From Longimicrobiales bacterium (GTDB taxonomy: Bacteria > Gemmatimonadota > Gemmatimonadetes > Longimicrobiales > Gaopeijiaceae): a stretch of 64,000 nt of DNA. The notes under the pieces are model-generated. The model worked only from the letters and a program-made list of their open reading frames with translations. It was not told where the DNA came from and did no database searches. The position numbers and the translations under genes are program-made. The stretch lies in assembly GCA_965238005.1 (NCBI GenBank), contig OZ250165.1, positions 672,001 to 736,000 of the forward strand, written 5' to 3'. Below, in pieces: positions 62,521 through 64,000 of this stretch (position 1 is its first letter; every line of letters begins with the position of its first letter).

Positions 62521-63576
62521 CTAAGGCCCTTCGGGCTCGTCGGACACCGGGTCATCGTGCTTGCGCCAAGCATCCTCCACGTCCCGTACAAAGTCAATTA
62601 GACGCGCTCTGCCGTTGTGCCACGATCCCTCGTCAAGGCGGCAATACCACTGATTCGGAGCGCGACGCGTCGCAGGTGCGTTCGGCGGCTTCTCAGCTTC
62701 GAACGGAATTGCATCCTTCAGCTTCTCGAAACGCTCATGACAAAGGTCGACAGCCGCAGGATAGAAAGTGATCCGTATCTTCCCGGGTTCGTCGATTGTA
62801 ACGGAATGCGACCCGCGGACACGCACGTCGTCGGGCAGGGTGATCGTCCGGTGCAGGTGGGTAATGCCGGATTTCGTATAGTATGTCCGGACACTGTAGT
62901 CCAACGACACTTTCGCATCCTGCCACACCTTCGCCACTCCGTGCTCGCCGGCCTTCCGATTCAAGTCGCGAGCGCCTGGGCGGTTGGCGGATGACGTATG
63001 GGGATCGTCCGAAGTCCGTACCTGCCTGGCCAACAGCATGCCATCGCCGTGAACGTAGCCATGGAAAGTCAAGAGCCTGATGTCGATGCCCCTATCCGCC
63101 AGATAAGCGACCATTCGGTGGGCGCTTATATCGATCCCGAGGCCGACCAGTACCATCCTGACGGGCTTGATGGAATTTCCCCGCTGGCTTCCGTACCATT
63201 CCTCAAAGTCTGCAATCTCTTTGATCCCATCCTTGCCGGATCGCTCGGCCAAGATGGTTGCGAGTTCCGAATCCGACAGGGCCTCCAAGTAGGTGCAGTA
63301 GTCCAGTATCTGTGCCACGGCATCCCTCGTGAGCTTCTCGCGCTTGAGCTCGAAGACTACCAGCCGACCGTCCTCATCAATGCCCAGTAGGTCAACGTAT
63401 CCGGTCTCGACCGGAACCTGTCTGCCAACCAGCGTGAGTCCGCGCATCAGCATGTCGGGGTTCGCCACCAGAACGGCTTCCAGCATCTCTTCCGTCTCAA
63501 CCCGCTCGGTGAGGCCGAGCTTGGTTCCGGCCCGGGATGCCCGGTCGATTTCCCAGATCCCGATGCCAGTCTTCAT
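62521..63576 (-). CDS. NucS/DUF91-like PD-(D/E)xK endonuclease
   Basis: E...LVGRQ...VDLLGID...VVFELK...Q...Y motif series. Confidence 0.8.
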   Translation of the reverse strand: MKTGIGIWEIDRASRAGTKLGLTERVETEEMLEAVLVANPDMLMRGLTLVGRQVPVETGYVDLLGIDEDGRLVVFELKREKLTRDAVAQILDYCTYLEALSDSELATILAERSGKDGIKEIADFEEWYGSQRGNSIKPVRMVLVGLGIDISAHRMVAYLADRGIDIRLLTFHGYVHGDGMLLARQVRTSDDPHTSSANRPGARDLNRKAGEHGVAKVWQDAKVSLDYSVRTYYTKSGITHLHRTITLPDDVRVRGSHSVTIDEPGKIRITFYPAAVDLCHERFEKLKDAIPFEAEKPPNAPATRRAPNQWYCRLDEGSWHNGRARLIDFVRDVEDAWRKHDDPVSDEPEGP

Positions 63577-63663
63577 ACGATCCTCTCGAACATGTCCCAC
63601 AGCCCACCACTCCCGCGGCGCTGAATCCTCGCATGGAGACCGGGATCTCATCAAGGCCTTCCG

Positions 63664-63701
63664 TGACCTGACCCCCCGAAACGAGACCAGGTGCAATGTT
63701 A
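63664..63701 (+). mobile_element. Solo IS3 left end
   Basis: TGACCTGACCCCCCGAAACGAGACCAGGTGCAATGTTA, nearly identical to the end at 45061-45098. Confidence 0.8.
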
Positions 63702-64000
63702 CGTGATTATATACTTGACGTAGAAAACGCATAGATATTCATGCCGTTATGGCGTACAAGACCATGCACCCGAGATGAGTAGTTATGCATGGGGCTTGTG
63801 GGCATGGAATCGCGGGCGCTAGCGTGGGAACATGGGAAGGCCGAAAGTGCATCGTCATTGCGCTATGCGAGATTGCAATTGCTGTCATCGGATATGGGGT
63901 CAGCATGATGTTCCCGGACGCCCCCCCCTTGGATATGGTTCGCGATCGGCAGCGTTGCGTTGCTAACAGCAATCGTTGTATGGAATTGGCCTTCCCTTAC

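Noticed and set aside
1..64000. CRISPR array, reverse transcriptase, retron or DGR
   Set aside because: No regularly spaced repeat-spacer array and no RT motifs recognised; the repeats are element copies

Overview
GC-rich bacterial DNA, almost entirely a nested mobile-element and defence hotspot. Only the LRR gene at the left edge and about 46.8-52.4 kb look like ordinary chromosome. Plant-type LRR and collagen-repeat lipoprotein genes suggest a host-associated organism such as a sponge-symbiont Gemmatimonadota; this is inference only. The dominant structure is five full or partial copies (A-E) of one ~8-9 kb integrative element. Gene order: wHTH rep-like gene, GGGAGCGACCCC hairpin, VirD4-like coupling protein, VirB11/CpaF ATPase, tiny acidic protein, ArdC, wHTH/PD-(D/E)xK candidate relaxase, small membrane protein, HTH excisionase, tyrosine integrase. 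No mating-pore genes are present. All four right ends lie exactly 35 bp from a TAAGTTCAA box, and the left end of copy E has an inverted, near-identical box at the same spacing. In copy A the 35 bp is a tRNA-Ile(GAT) 3' end; in B-D it is a decayed look-alike abutting unrelated protein-coding targets, suggesting a shift from tRNA targeting to promiscuous integration. A second family (P4-like integrases, ColE1-like oriT/mobC) is interleaved, including a 7.9 kb element inserted in the Walker B codons of virD4 with a 9-bp direct repeat. Cargo: type I R-M, ImmA/IrrE plus PIN, two McrBC with different N-termini, GmrSD, a deleted MmeI-like gene, a NucS-like nuclease and a HEPN-motif protein, plus IS3, IS256 and IS1182 elements. 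All family calls rest on motifs recognised by eye, not on database searches.
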